Assembly (NCBI RefSeq): GCF_006345805.1
Contig: NC_043007.1
Coordinates: forward strand, 73,532,001-73,596,000
Origin: Octopus sinensis
Lineage: Eukaryota
DNA: 64,000 bases
Reading direction: 5' to 3'
Below, piece after piece: positions 12,101 through 23,989 of this stretch. Numbering within the stretch: position 1 is the stretch's first letter; every line of letters begins with the position of its first letter. Both the position numbers and the translations under genes were made by a program. Under the pieces are notes generated by a model. That model had not been told where the DNA came from. It worked only from the letters and a program-made list of their open reading frames with translations, and ran no database searches.

Positions 12101-12735
12101 TAAGTTTCTTATTTTTACCATGGAAATTAAGTTAGGTTGTATAAATGTTTGTGGCCTAGGGTTGAAATGGAAGCAAACTTGTCTCCTGGATGACCTCAGG
12201 TCACTAGAAATTGATACGTGTGGTGACTGAGTGCAAGTTGAACAGGCCACAGGTGTTCTTGCCTCTTCTAAATGGCTTTGAGAAATTTATTTCTTCTAGT
12301 CGACGGGGAGGCAGGGGCGTGATGGTCTTGTTCAGAAAAACTTGGACGTACAGGTAAGTACAGTCTTTCTGGAAACAGAATGTAAGCTGATCGTCCTAAA
12401 TGTGACATACGCAAGTGAGAAGTCCTTCAGGCTCGTAGCTGTTTACGCTCCTAGTGAGTGTAGATAAGCTGGGTTTTTTAAGACCTGGAGAGCTTTCTGG
12501 TAACGTCATAAAATCTAGTTTTAGCAGGAGATTTTAACACTATTCTTGACGCATGTGTGGATAGTGTTGACTTGATAGATAGAAGGGGAAGTCCTGGCCT
12601 TAAAAGGCTACTAGGGAGCTATAACCTAGTAGACTGATATAGACTGGATGAACAGCTCGTTCCACAGTAGATGTGGCCTAATAATGATGGTTCATACAGA
12701 TCTTATTTAGGTAGGATATTCAGCAAAAGAGACCG
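9190..12735 (+). mobile_element. L1/Tx1-type non-LTR retrotransposon, 5' half (5' UTR, ORF1 with zinc knuckle, APE endonuclease), decayed and interrupted by a mariner
   Basis: ORF1 from ATG 9421 (MESNLLSN...) resumes in frame after the mariner; RCFKCGEKGYIRLDC knuckle; ORF2 from ATG 12120 with LGCINVCGL, LVAVYAP, VLAGDFN, RSYLGRIF; several stops. Confidence 0.8.
9696..10981 (-). mobile_element. Full-length mariner (Hsmar1/cecropia-like), inactive transposase
   Basis: Perfect 26-bp TIRs ttaggttgtcaagaaagttcttgtgg, TA TSD, 1286 bp; ORFs 10440-10796 and 9773-10438 with LLHDNAQPH and HPPYSPDLSPTDY; frameshift; first catalytic Asp lost (RIVTFNVKW). Confidence 0.95.
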
Positions 12736-12858
12736 ATAGAATAAGAACTAGGCTTACAAAGAATAAGTTCTGGGGTCAATATGCTCGACTAAAGAAGGTG
12801 CACCAGCATGGCCACAGTCAAATGACTGAAACAAGTAAAAGAGTATGTAAATATATAT

Positions 12859-13975
12859 CATCATCATCATCATCATCATCATCATTTAACGTCCGCTTTC
12901 CATGCTAGCATGGGTTGGACGGTTCAACTGGGGTCTGGGGAGCCCGAAAGCTGCACCAGTCCAGTCAGATCTGGCAGTGTTTCTACAGCTGGATGCCCTT
13001 CCTAATGCCAACCACTCCGAAAGTGTAGTGGGTGATTTTGTGCCACCGACACAGGTGCCAGACGAGGCTGGCAAACGGCCACGCTCGGATGGTGTTTTTA
13101 TGTGCCACCGACACAGGTGCCAACAGACGAGGCTGGCAGACGGCCACGCTCGGATGGTGTTTTTATGTGCCACCGACACAGGTGCCAGATGAGGCTGGCA
13201 AACGGCCACGATCGGATGGTGCTTGTTACGTGCCCACAGCACGGAGGCCAGTCGATGCGGTACTGGCTACGGCCACGTTCGGATGGTTTTCTTGTGTGCC
13301 ACGTGCCACCGGCACTGGTACCACAAAGATACAAATTCCATTGATGTTCATCTATTTTGATTTGTTTTGATTTTCACTTGCCTCAACAGGTCTTCACAAG
13401 TGTCACAAGAAGGAAGGTATGCACAGGTGGACTGACTACTACCAGGTAGGGGCCATGGGTTATGGCCTGACTAGTCTTGCCGGGTCTTCGGATGGTGTTT
13501 TTATGTGCCACCGACACAGGTGCTAGATGAGGCTGGCGAACGGCCACGATCGGATGGTGTTGTGTCATGTGCCCACCGCACTGACTACAGCACTGATGGA
13601 TTTCTTGTGTGCCACAGGCACTGGTACCACAAGATACAAATTCCAATGATGTTCATCTATTTTGTCTATTTTGATTTGATTTGATTTGATTTTCACTTGC
13701 CTCAACCGGTCTTCACAAGTATCACAAGAAGGAAGGTATGCACAGGTGGACTGACTATTCTTGCCGGGTCTTCGGAAGGTGTTTTTATGTGCCACCGACA
13801 CAGGTGCCAGATGAGGCTGGCGAACGCCATGATCGGATGGTGTTTGTTACGTGCCCACAGCACGGAGGCCGGTCGATGCTGCGACTGGCTACGGCCACGT
13901 TCGGATGGTTCTCTTGTGTGCCACCGGCACTGTACCACAAAGTGTGTGCCACCGGCACTGGTACCACACAAAGTG
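12859..13975 (-). mobile_element. RTE 3' UTR with (CAT)n tail and an internally triplicated segment
   Basis: (CAT)n ttaacgtccgctttccatgctagc end; about 61-bp subrepeats; units at about 13150, 13490 and 13774. Confidence 0.8.
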
Positions 13976-14536
13976 TGTATATATCACTGGACCACAAATA
14001 TAATATATATATAATATATAGATATATATATATATAAACAATAAATATCATATTATATATACATTTATATGTATATACATATATACTATATATATATGTA
14101 TTATATATATATCAATATAAATATACATATATATGTATATATATATACATATATATATGTATATGTATATATATATAAATATACATATATATGATATATA
14201 TATATATACATATATATATGTATATGTATATATATATAAATATACATATATATGTATATAATATATATACATATATATATATGTATATGTATATATATAT
14301 AAATATACATATTATGTATATATTATATATAACATATATATATATGTATATGGTATATATATAAATATACATATATATGTATATATATATATATACATAT
14401 ATATATATGTATATGTATATATATATATAACTATACATATATATGTAATATATATATATACATATATATAGATGTATATGTCTATATATATATATATATA
14501 TATAGACATATATATAGTATATATATATATATACAT

Positions 14537-14568
<32 letters not shown>

Positions 14569-14740
14569 TATGTATATGTATATATATATATATCTATGTA
14601 TAATATATATATTATTATATATACATATATATTTTATTGTATATATATCTATATATTATATACATATATATATGTATATGTATATATAATAATACATATA
14701 TATATGTATATCTATATATATATATATATATATAACACAT

Positions 14741-14787
<47 letters not shown>

Positions 14788-14800
14788 TATATGTATATGT
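13976..14800. repeat. Compound TA-rich microsatellite
   Basis: Direct reading. Confidence 0.95.
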
Positions 14801-15993
14801 ATCATCATCATCATCATCATCATTTAGCGTCCGTTCTCCATGCTAGCATGGGTTGGACGGTTCAACTGGGGTCTGTGAAGCTGGAAGGCTTCATCAGGCT
14901 CAGTCAGATCTGGCAGTGTTTCTACGGCTGGATGCCCTTCCTAACGCCAACCACTCCGTGAGTGTAGTGGGTGCTTTTTACGTGCCACCTGCACAGGTGC
15001 CAGACAGAGCTGGCAAACGGCCACGAACGGATGGTGCTTTTACGTGTCACCGGCACGGGGCCAGGCGAGGCTGGCAACGGACACGAACGGATGGTGCTTT
15101 TACGTGCCACTAACACGGGGGCCAGACAGAGCTGGCAAACGGCCACGAAACGGATGGTGCTTTTAAGTGTCACCGGCACGGGGGCTAGGCGAGGCTGGCA
15201 ACGGGCACGAACGGATGGTGCTTTTACATGCCACCGACACGGGGGCCAGACAGGGCTGGCAAACGGCCACGAATGGATGGTGCTTTTACGTGTCACCGGC
15301 ACGGGGGCCAGGCGAGGCTGGCAACGGACACGAACGGATGGTGCTTTTACATGTCACCGACATGGGGGCCAGACAGGGCTGGCAAACGGACACGAACGGA
15401 TGGTGCTTTTACGTGTCACCGGCACGGGGGCCAGGCGAGGCTGGCAACGGACACGAACGGATGGTGCTTTTACATGTCACCGACATGGGGGCCAGACATG
15501 GCTGGCAAACGGACACGAACGGATGGTGCTTTTACATGTCACCGACAAGGGGGCCAGACAGGGCTGGCAAACGGCCACGAATGGATGGTGCTTTTACATG
15601 TCACCGGCACGGGGGCCAGACAGAGCTGGCAAATGGCCACAAATGGATGGTGCTTTTACGTGTCACTGGCACGGGGGACCAGGCCAGGCTGGCAACGAAC
15701 ACGAACGGATGGTGCTTTTACGTGCCACCGACACGGGGGCCAGACAGGGCTGGCAAACGGCTACGAACGGATGGACTTTACGTGTCACCTGCACGGGGGC
15801 CCTGATGTTGATCGACCTCAATTTGGTTTGATCTTGATTTTGACTGTTCTCACTGGTCTTGCTGGTTTTCTCACGCACAGCATACCTCCAAAGGTCTCGG
15901 TCACTGGTCATTTCCTTGGTGAGACCTAAAGTTCGAAGGTCGTGCTTCACCCCTCGACCCAGGTTTTCCTGGTCTACCTCTTCCACAGGTCCC
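14801..15993 (-). mobile_element. RTE 3' end with expanded tandem array
   Basis: (CAT)n tail at 14801; C-terminal KHDLRTLGLTKEMTSDRDLWRYAV at about 15860-15990; runs into the gap. Confidence 0.85.
14970..15800. repeat. GC-rich minisatellite, about 13 units of 60-63 bp
   Basis: ggatggtgc(t)ttt anchor at 15031, 15091, 15154, 15215, 15277, 15338, 15400, 15461, 15523, 15585, 15647, 15709, 15771. Confidence 0.92.
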
Positions 15994-16093
15994 NNNNNNN
16001 NNNNNNNNNNNNNNNNNNNNNNNNNNNNNNNNNNNNNNNNNNNNNNNNNNNNNNNNNNNNNNNNNNNNNNNNNNNNNNNNNNNNNNNNNNNNN
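15994..16093. other. Assembly gap (100 N)
   Basis: N run; a round 100 usually denotes a gap of unknown size. Confidence 0.99.
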
Positions 16094-17453
16094 GGGGCGG
16101 TGCTGGCAACGGTCGTGAAACGGAAGGTTCTCTTACATGCCACCGGCACTGGTAACACATCTGCAATTTGTATATATATATATATACATACATACATATG
16201 TATATACACATACATATATATAGACATATATATATATATATATATGCACATACATATATATATACATCTATATATACATACATATATATACATCTATATA
16301 CATACATACATATACATCTATATACATACGTACATATATATATATACATATATATATACACATACATATATATACACATACATATATAAACACATACATA
16401 TGTATATATATGCACATACATACATATACACACATACATATATATATATGTTAAATGATGATGATGATGATGATGATGTTGATGATGATGATATATATGT
16501 ATGTATGTTTGTGTGTGTGTGTTAAATAAAATGATACAACAAAGCCAGGGCTATACTGTATTTTCAGGACATGCATAACCAGAAAGCTAGTCTTACAACA
16601 GTTTCTGGAATATTAGGGATATGCAATCATCAGAGATGATATGAGAGTTTTAAATAGATGGAAATAGTAGAGTTCAATATAGGGTGTTATTTTGGAAAAG
16701 GATGGATATAGGAAATATAAAGACAAATAAGAGAATAAAAGTAAGAATTAAAATATATGTAAGATATTACATTTGCAGTTCCATTATCCAAGGAATTGCT
16801 GTGTAGAATGAGTAGAAATGTTTCCTGACAATGGTATGTAAATTCCAATAGCAGTTCATATTTTGATATTACAAATGAATAGAGTGGAGAAATAAATTCC
16901 ATGTGCTGTTCATTCAAAAGGGTATTCAGGTGTGAATGAAATTTTGAGAATGTACTGGTAGGGGTAAGTAGATAGAGAGAAGAGAATAGGTATGCATGTT
17001 AGAAGGAGGAGAAATGTATCGGTCAAAAGGAATAGGGGAGGAAAGAAATGAAGGAAGAAAGAAAAAGGAAGACAAAATGAAAAAAGGAGTGGTAGATGGT
17101 GGTCAAGATATTGTGAGGGGGATCAGGGAAAAGAACTATGAAGATAAAAAGGAATAAGGGATGGGGGTATATACATATATATGGCCAGTGTGGGTTATAA
17201 AGTATACTATATTAACATGTTTTTTAAGTATTTAATTTAGGAGAAATATATTTAAAAAACTGATTTTGTAAAAAAAGACCGTGTTAAATCACAATATTTT
17301 ACATTCATTTTTATATTAAGTTAACACCTATACATACATATAGATTACATACAGATACACAGATATGCATGCACACAAACACACACATACATAGTTATGA
17401 ACACATATGTCTATGTATGTATCCACATATATATATGTGTATATATGTGTGTG

Positions 17454-17493
<40 letters not shown>

Positions 17494-17631
17494 AAAGTGA
17501 GCAAATAAATGTGAAACAAGGTGGGAAAAATAGTACTCGAATACTGGAGGTAGAGTAATATGCTTTATTATTATTAAAGCTGCAAAAACATCATATGTAT
17601 ATACATATACATATATATACATGCATATGCG

Positions 17632-17664
<33 letters not shown>

Positions 17665-17791
17665 TTAATAAGGGTGAGAGAATTAGATACTAATTTAATA
17701 GTATGTCCATTCAACACCAAGTGGCCCAGTGCCTCGAGAAACCTGAATTATTATAATATTTTATAATATATTACAATATTTTATACAAAAA

Positions 17792-17889
17792 TAAATATAA
17801 GAGAATGGTCACTATGTGGCTCATGGTTGAAACCTTTTGGATTTTCTAGTGCTAGAATGAGCCACATAGTGACCATTCTCTTATATTTA
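17792..17889. repeat. Perfect 33-bp inverted repeat, 32-nt loop
   Basis: taaatataagagaatggtcactatgtggctcat / atgagccacatagtgaccattctcttatattta. Confidence 0.95.
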
Positions 17890-18061
17890 ATATATAATAT
17901 ATATATATATTATATATAATATATATATATATAACGGGAAGCTTTATGAAAATAGACAAAAGACGAAGGCAGTTTACGGAAATAAACAAAAGACGAAGGC
18001 AGGTGGAATACAAACAAACAATTGTATTAGTATGGCGCTCAGGAAATATAAATAAAACAAG

Positions 18062-18099
18062 TCTTTAACGTTTCGAGCCTACGCTCTTCAACAGAAAGA
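18062..18099 (-). ncRNA. Minimal type I hammerhead-like motif (A6U variant)
   Basis: TCTTT-CTGTTGA-A-GAGC(GTAG)GCTC-GAAA-CG-T-T-AAAGA: 5-bp stem I, 4-bp stem II, ACGT palindromic stem III. Confidence 0.6.
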
Positions 18100-18399
18100 T
18101 ACACAGAGAAAAAAAACACAGAAAGAAGAAGAGAAAAAAAATATGCGTGCAGAGGCTAGCGAATCAACATAGTCAGTTGAGGATATAGTGTCCTTTTTAA
18201 GGATTATAAAATCCAGAGATCAACTGGTGTTATCAATGATATATTGGGAGAATTTTCTCAATATATAGGAATAAACAGTCTAATACACAATTATTACTAT
18301 AAGAAAAAGGAGAAAAAATATTGCGGATACTTATTTTATTAGTATCACAATATGAACATAGCAAATAGTTTAATACAAATAAAATGTAAATAAAGATAT

Positions 18400-18718
18400 A
18401 TTAACGTGAAATAAAATACAATATGAATAAGAAGTGCCTACACATGTTTCTATCTGGTCTCTATGTAAACAATGCTTCAGAATATTTGTGCCATGTTAAT
18501 AGTTTTAGATGTAAGAAATAACATGAAGTTTACAGATATCTTCAGGGCTATCTTATTCAAAAAGCTAATGATTTTACATATTTTACATATTTGTTGTTAA
18601 TTTTTACATCTAAAACTATTAACATGGTTTGAATATTCCGAAGCACTGTTTAAATAGTGACCAGATTGAAACATGTGTAGGCACTTCTTATACATATTGT
18701 ATTTTATTTCATGTTAAT
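18400..18718. repeat. Imperfect foldback, about 118-bp arms
   Basis: 18400-18517 vs 18601-18718 inverted. Confidence 0.85.
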
Positions 18719-18860
18719 GTAATTGAGAGGCAGAAACAGGTGACTTGCTATAGAGAAGGTACATGGTTACCCAGCGTGATTGTGAGAGAGAGACAGACAG
18801 ACAGAGACAGATAGACAGACAGAGAGGGGAGAGATAGAGGAGAGAAAGAGAGGGATAGAA

Positions 18861-18921
<61 letters not shown>

Positions 18922-19378
18922 AGAGGAAGAAAGAGAGGTACCAGAGGACAGAAACAGGTGTGCTGATGTAAAAGAGATTCTTGGTTACCTAGTCAGAATG
19001 AAAAGCAAGAGAAGGGGAGAGAAAGAGAGAGAGAGAGAGATCAAGAAATACAACAGAAACAGGTGTGCTGCTGTAGAGGAGATACATGGCTACCCAGCTA
19101 GAGGGAAGAGCAAGGGAAAGAGAGAGAGAGTGGGAAACAGCAAAAGTGCAAGAGAGAAATGGTGAAGTGGCAGGGTATACTCACAAGTAACAAGGATCGG
19201 AGCATAGATGTGATGATAGAGTAAGGAAGAGAGAAGTACAGAGGTCATGATATATATGGTCACGTATTGCTATGAAGGTGCAAGTAGGGAGTGGGGATTG
19301 CTGTGACTTACAAAAACCTGGGTATAAAAATGGGGTGGGGGAAAGCAGTGATATAGTGAGCAGGGCAAAGAGGGCATA

Positions 19379-20200
19379 CATGGTCTGATCAATAAGTATC
19401 TGGACTGTTGCTATAGTAACAAAGTTAAAGCATGGAGAGTGAAGCTGCTTGGCACAGATTGACCTTGAACTCTATTATGCATGTACACTAAGTTTTAACA
19501 TTCTCGCTTACTCCCGCTGTTTACAGCAGTACTTGGAAGGAAGGTGTGTAGTGTGTGATCATCACATTGACAATGATAGAGAAAGTTGAGCAGAGAATCT
19601 GCATCAAATTTTGCCGAAAGCTTCGTGATATCTACTCAGAGGCCTATGCAAAGTTTTCAAAATGTTTTCATCATTCTCGACGCAATCAAGATCTTGTGCA
19701 ACTGAAACCTGAGTGTCTGTTTGGTCAGCTGAAAGCAGTTTTGGCAGATATGCATCTCATACCCAAATCTTCAGTGATAATGGACTGAACTGAACTATAA
19801 CTAATCGGCACATCCTCTGATAACTCTGATTTCCCCTCACCCTGCACACACATCTGTGATGTTTTTCTTAGTTCTGCTGGTTGTGGGTCTCCCAGAACGC
19901 TTGTCAATATTGACATTTTGGGGGGCATCTTGGAAACGTCTGAACCACTTGTACACTCCTCTCCATACACTTTCTGCAACTTTGCATAGGCCTCTGAGCA
20001 GGTATCGTCATAATCACTTTTTCTGTCATGGTCAATGCGACGATAACACACACTACACACCTTCCTTCAAAGCACTGCTGTAAACAGCAGAAGTGAGCTA
20101 GGATGTGAAAATTTAGTGTGCATGCACAGCATTGTTTGAGATCAATCTGTGCCAACTAGCTTCACACTATGCTTTAGCTTCGTTACAATGGCAACAGTCC
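19379..20200. mobile_element. Non-autonomous mariner built from two inverted 5' transposase ends
   Basis: Left TIR catggtctgatcaataagtatctggactgttgc after TA; EQRICIKFC on +; EAYAKLQKVYGEEC and IITEDLGMR on -; right TIR decayed. Confidence 0.75.
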
Positions 20201-20302
20201 TGGGTGCTTTCTTTAACTCTGAAAGCAAAATTTTCAGATGCTGCCCTCATGAGGGGAAGTTCATTTTGGTGATATGATTCTGTCCAGTTTTGGACCAGAG
20301 TA

Positions 20303-20345
<43 letters not shown>

Positions 20346-20754
20346 ACACACACACACATACATACACACATTATCTACTTCAACATGGCTAATACTAATC
20401 CATGAAAAATAACTCCTTTCCTCCCAGAAAAATGTTTTAATTTCTTCACATTCTTTTTCATTTCTTTTTGCCAACACTAAGCCACACAGAATCTATATAT
20501 ACCTCAACCAAAAGAGAGCTATGGGCTACTAGTAAGTATGTCTAAGGAACTGCCAACATTACCTAAGTGCAATAGTCAGCATGAAACTAACAGTAATATT
20601 CCATAATCAGTAATATAGTGTTAGATGATGTATAAAAATATAACTATTGTTGTATTTCAGGATGGTCATTCTTTTTTGTCTTTTGCCAAATAAAAATATG
20701 CACTAGATATTCGTTTTTCATTCATTTAATACTGTTCTTATTCTAACTCATGTT

Positions 20755-20805
20755 CATTGTCTGGAAATCTTTCGTCACACCTCCGTGACCTCTTCAGCAA
20801 CACTT
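20755..20805 (-). ncRNA. Hammerhead-like motif, slightly decayed
   Basis: gtgttg-CTGAAGA-G-GTCAC(GGAGGT)GTGAC-GAAA-GATT-TC-cagaca; 5-bp stem II; stem III one change from the AGATCT palindrome. Confidence 0.5.
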
Positions 20806-21179
20806 TCTGTTTTCGTGTGTGCTCTTGCTCCACTTATTCTATTATACCTGTTCTATTTTTTATACTGAGTGAGGTTTCTTCTGGTTTATGGACAGCTGAC
20901 TGATAATATGCACACACACACACACACAGAGTGGTAGTCTCTGTCATTCCACATTGAGGACCCAGTTGTTCAATCAACTGAATGATTTTCCTGAATTAAT
21001 GAGTATGTGGCTGAGTATTCCACAGATATTACTGTACCCTCAACAAATTTTCAGGCAAAATTTGTGACAAAATATGTGAGAAAAGCTGTACCATTTGAAT
21101 GACAGAAGCAATTTACTTGATGGATTTCTGCCTCCATGTAATCCCAAATACAAGACAAAAAGTGTTTGTAAATCACTCT

Positions 21180-21960
21180 TCAAAAAAGCTCTGCCATCCA
21201 TGTCTTTTTATTTGAATGCTAAATCAGATAGATTAAACTTCATGTAACCCTTGAAAGCCACTTTAATTTCATGTCACTGGTGGTATTTCCTCCTAGAAGA
21301 TGATTTTGGGAAGTTTTAAATCCTGGTATTGAGTTTTCTTCTCAAGGAATAAGTTCTAGCAGGGATGTGTTTCCAGAAAAGTACAGTTTCATCAACATTG
21401 TATACTTGCTCTTCAGCAATCATTTTCTTCAGCTGTTCAGGATAATTAGTTGCAGCCTCTATGGCAGCATTGACAGCTCCTTTGATTTTATTGTTGTATA
21501 AATTGAAGTGCTTCTTAAACATTTCAAATCAGTCTTCACAAGCAAAAAGAGATTTTCATTAGTTTCACCTTCCTTTTTCTGCAAATCGTTATATAAAATT
21601 TGGCTCTTGCTTTTCTTTGAATTTCTATTATGCTCATCAGCACATTATGTCAATTTTGATCCTTAATCTATACACTGAGGGGCTGTGCCGTTTTAAGCAT
21701 CACATCAGATTACAGGAAAAATAAGGTCTGAGCAGTTAAGTGAGTAGCTTCTTGAGAACTTAATTTTCTCTCTGTTGTCATATCCTGTTTCCACTGCAGA
21801 TACTAGAAGCTTTAATCTTTTGGCAGGGTAGCTGATTTTACTCTTCCACATCAAGCTTTCAAGCTTTTTTAGTATCCAGTGTATCCCTTTATGGTTTCTT
21901 TTCCCTCAACTGTCTCCAGTTTCATTTGATGGCTTCTTTCCAGACATCTTGAATTGTAGA
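21180..21960 (-). mobile_element. Tigger/pogo transposase remnant
   Basis: FKKHFNLYNNKIKG...YPEQLKKMIAEEQVYNVDETVLFWKHIPARTY (N.DETGLFWK motif). Confidence 0.8.
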
Positions 21961-22419
21961 TAAATCCAACTGCAGTAACAATCAAAAATTATCTACATAA
22001 ATATTTAGTAAAGAGAAGAAATAGTACCAAGAAAGACCTGTTTAGTGAGAGCAAACAATTGTTGCCTTATTCCCATGAATATAAAAATACAAAGAAGTTG
22101 AAAGGGTATACTCATACATGTTCATCACCGTCATACACAACTTATTTACATTTGCCAATGTGATATCTCAGATAAGTTTCTGGATTTCTGGATTTGGAAA
22201 TTCTGTGGGTTTGTTAAGATGATTGGTACCAAGTGGTGACTACAGCTGTAGCTTATCTCCACAGAAAGACTACAAATGATTTTCCTGTAGCTATGACTCT
22301 AATAGAAATATTTATCTAGTAAGGGCAGGAACTTTTTTTTCTACATCGATCTTAACATTCATGCAAAGTAAATTCGATAATGTACAAAACTGAATTTGCC
22401 ACAATCACACTGAACTGAA

Positions 22420-22750
22420 TGATGGGGAAGAAAAGTTATACAGGCATGTGTGAGGTGACATTAAAACCAAGTTTTACAACCATCAGTCATCATTCAGACA
22501 CACTAATAAAAAGACCACAACAGTATTAGCTAATCACACCCGGAAAATGAATGATCTAAATACTGACTATAAACAGCATGTGGCCAAGAGAGGATAGACA
22601 TAAAAGTTTTGAGAAAATACGATTTTTGCCTAGTGGAAAGAATATATATCCCACTTAAATGAAAGAGTTCTGACATGCTACAAAATACAAGAATGAGTTC
22701 ACTAAGTGTATGTATGCGGATAGATTGTTTTTATTTAAATGAAAGATTCA
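22420..22750 (+). mobile_element. Penelope-like GIY-YIG remnant
   Basis: Decayed YTGMCE(G)DIKTKFYNHQSSFRHTNKKTTTVLANH. Confidence 0.55.
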
Positions 22751-23711
22751 ACGAATGCTAAATTAGCTCACAAAATCACATAGATCTTGCTTGGCACAAC
22801 CACCACCTACTTCCAGCTATCCAAGCATTTAAAACGTATGCCACAAGCAGCATGATGACTATTATAAAAGTATCAACATCCCAATAAGCTAACCTTCAAC
22901 TCATATTCCTTTTTAGTTTGCTCAAAAGAACATACACCATAACCCAATTTGCGAGCACATTTCCAATATGAAACTTCAAAAACATTTCAAAATCCTTTCC
23001 TATAAAAAAATTCTAATTATTAGTAGTTCAAGGGGCACAACCTATGTCTAAACATGTTACCTCCCTTCGATTTCAATTTTCAGGCAAGATTTTCACAAGT
23101 ACAGAAAGTTTTTGTCAATTACACGCACCCTCGCCTCCACTCCACCACCATTTCACAAGCCAGCCTGATGATTGGTAGGGGTGAACAAGTTCTAGTTTTC
23201 AATCAAAGTGGACCAATGGAATTCAAGCTGCTGTACTGTATCATTAAGTTACTTTATATATTTGAGGGTTGTTCTTGTAACAGGAGTAAAAGAAAATACA
23301 GGAGGATTAGTTATGATTTTATTCAATATATTCCCCTCCCAGATTTACACACTTATTGCAGTGGTCCTTCAGTTTTTCTTAACCCTGTAAAAGAACTTGG
23401 AAGGTTGGGCCTCCAACAAGGATTTTTGCTATACCCTTAAAGTCAAGAACTTTCCAACAACCCCTCGTGTATGTGTGTATTCATTTATTCTTTTATATAT
23501 ATATCCTTTTATTCCTTGACTGTGTCCATGCTGGAGCACCACACTGAAGAGTCTTAGTTGATAAATTGACCCCAGACCTTATTTTGTAAGACTAGTACTT
23601 ATTCTATTGGTCTCTTTTACCAAATTGTTAAGTTACAGGGATATAAACACGCCAACACTGGATGACAAGTGGTGATGGGAGAACAAACACTGACACAAAG
23701 ATACACACATG

Positions 23712-23745
<34 letters not shown>

Positions 23746-23989
23746 ATAGGCTTCTTTCAGTTTCTGTCTACCAAATCCATTCACAAAGTTTTGGTTGGCC
23801 TGAGGCTATAATAGAAGACACTTACCCAAGGTATTGTACAGTGGGATTGAACCCAGAACAATGTGGTTGGGAAGCAATTGGGAGAGAGATGTGTGTGTAT
23901 AAATAATATATGTGTCCACACATACATATATATGGGCCAATTCATTCTTTACATGCTAGACTGAACAAAAACTTCCCTTTGAAAGTGAT

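Noticed and set aside
14970-15800. Regular 60-bp repeat array resembling CRISPR
   Set aside because: Units are contiguous near-identical tandem copies with no unique spacers, there are no cas genes, the context is eukaryotic, and the unit derives from the RTE 3' UTR.
14971-15929. Long ORFs (286, 212, 233 aa)
   Set aside because: Stop-free only because of the tandem unit; open in several frames; no domain.
21610-21645. CTGATGA...GAAA on the minus strand
   Set aside because: No stems; lies in Tigger coding remnant.
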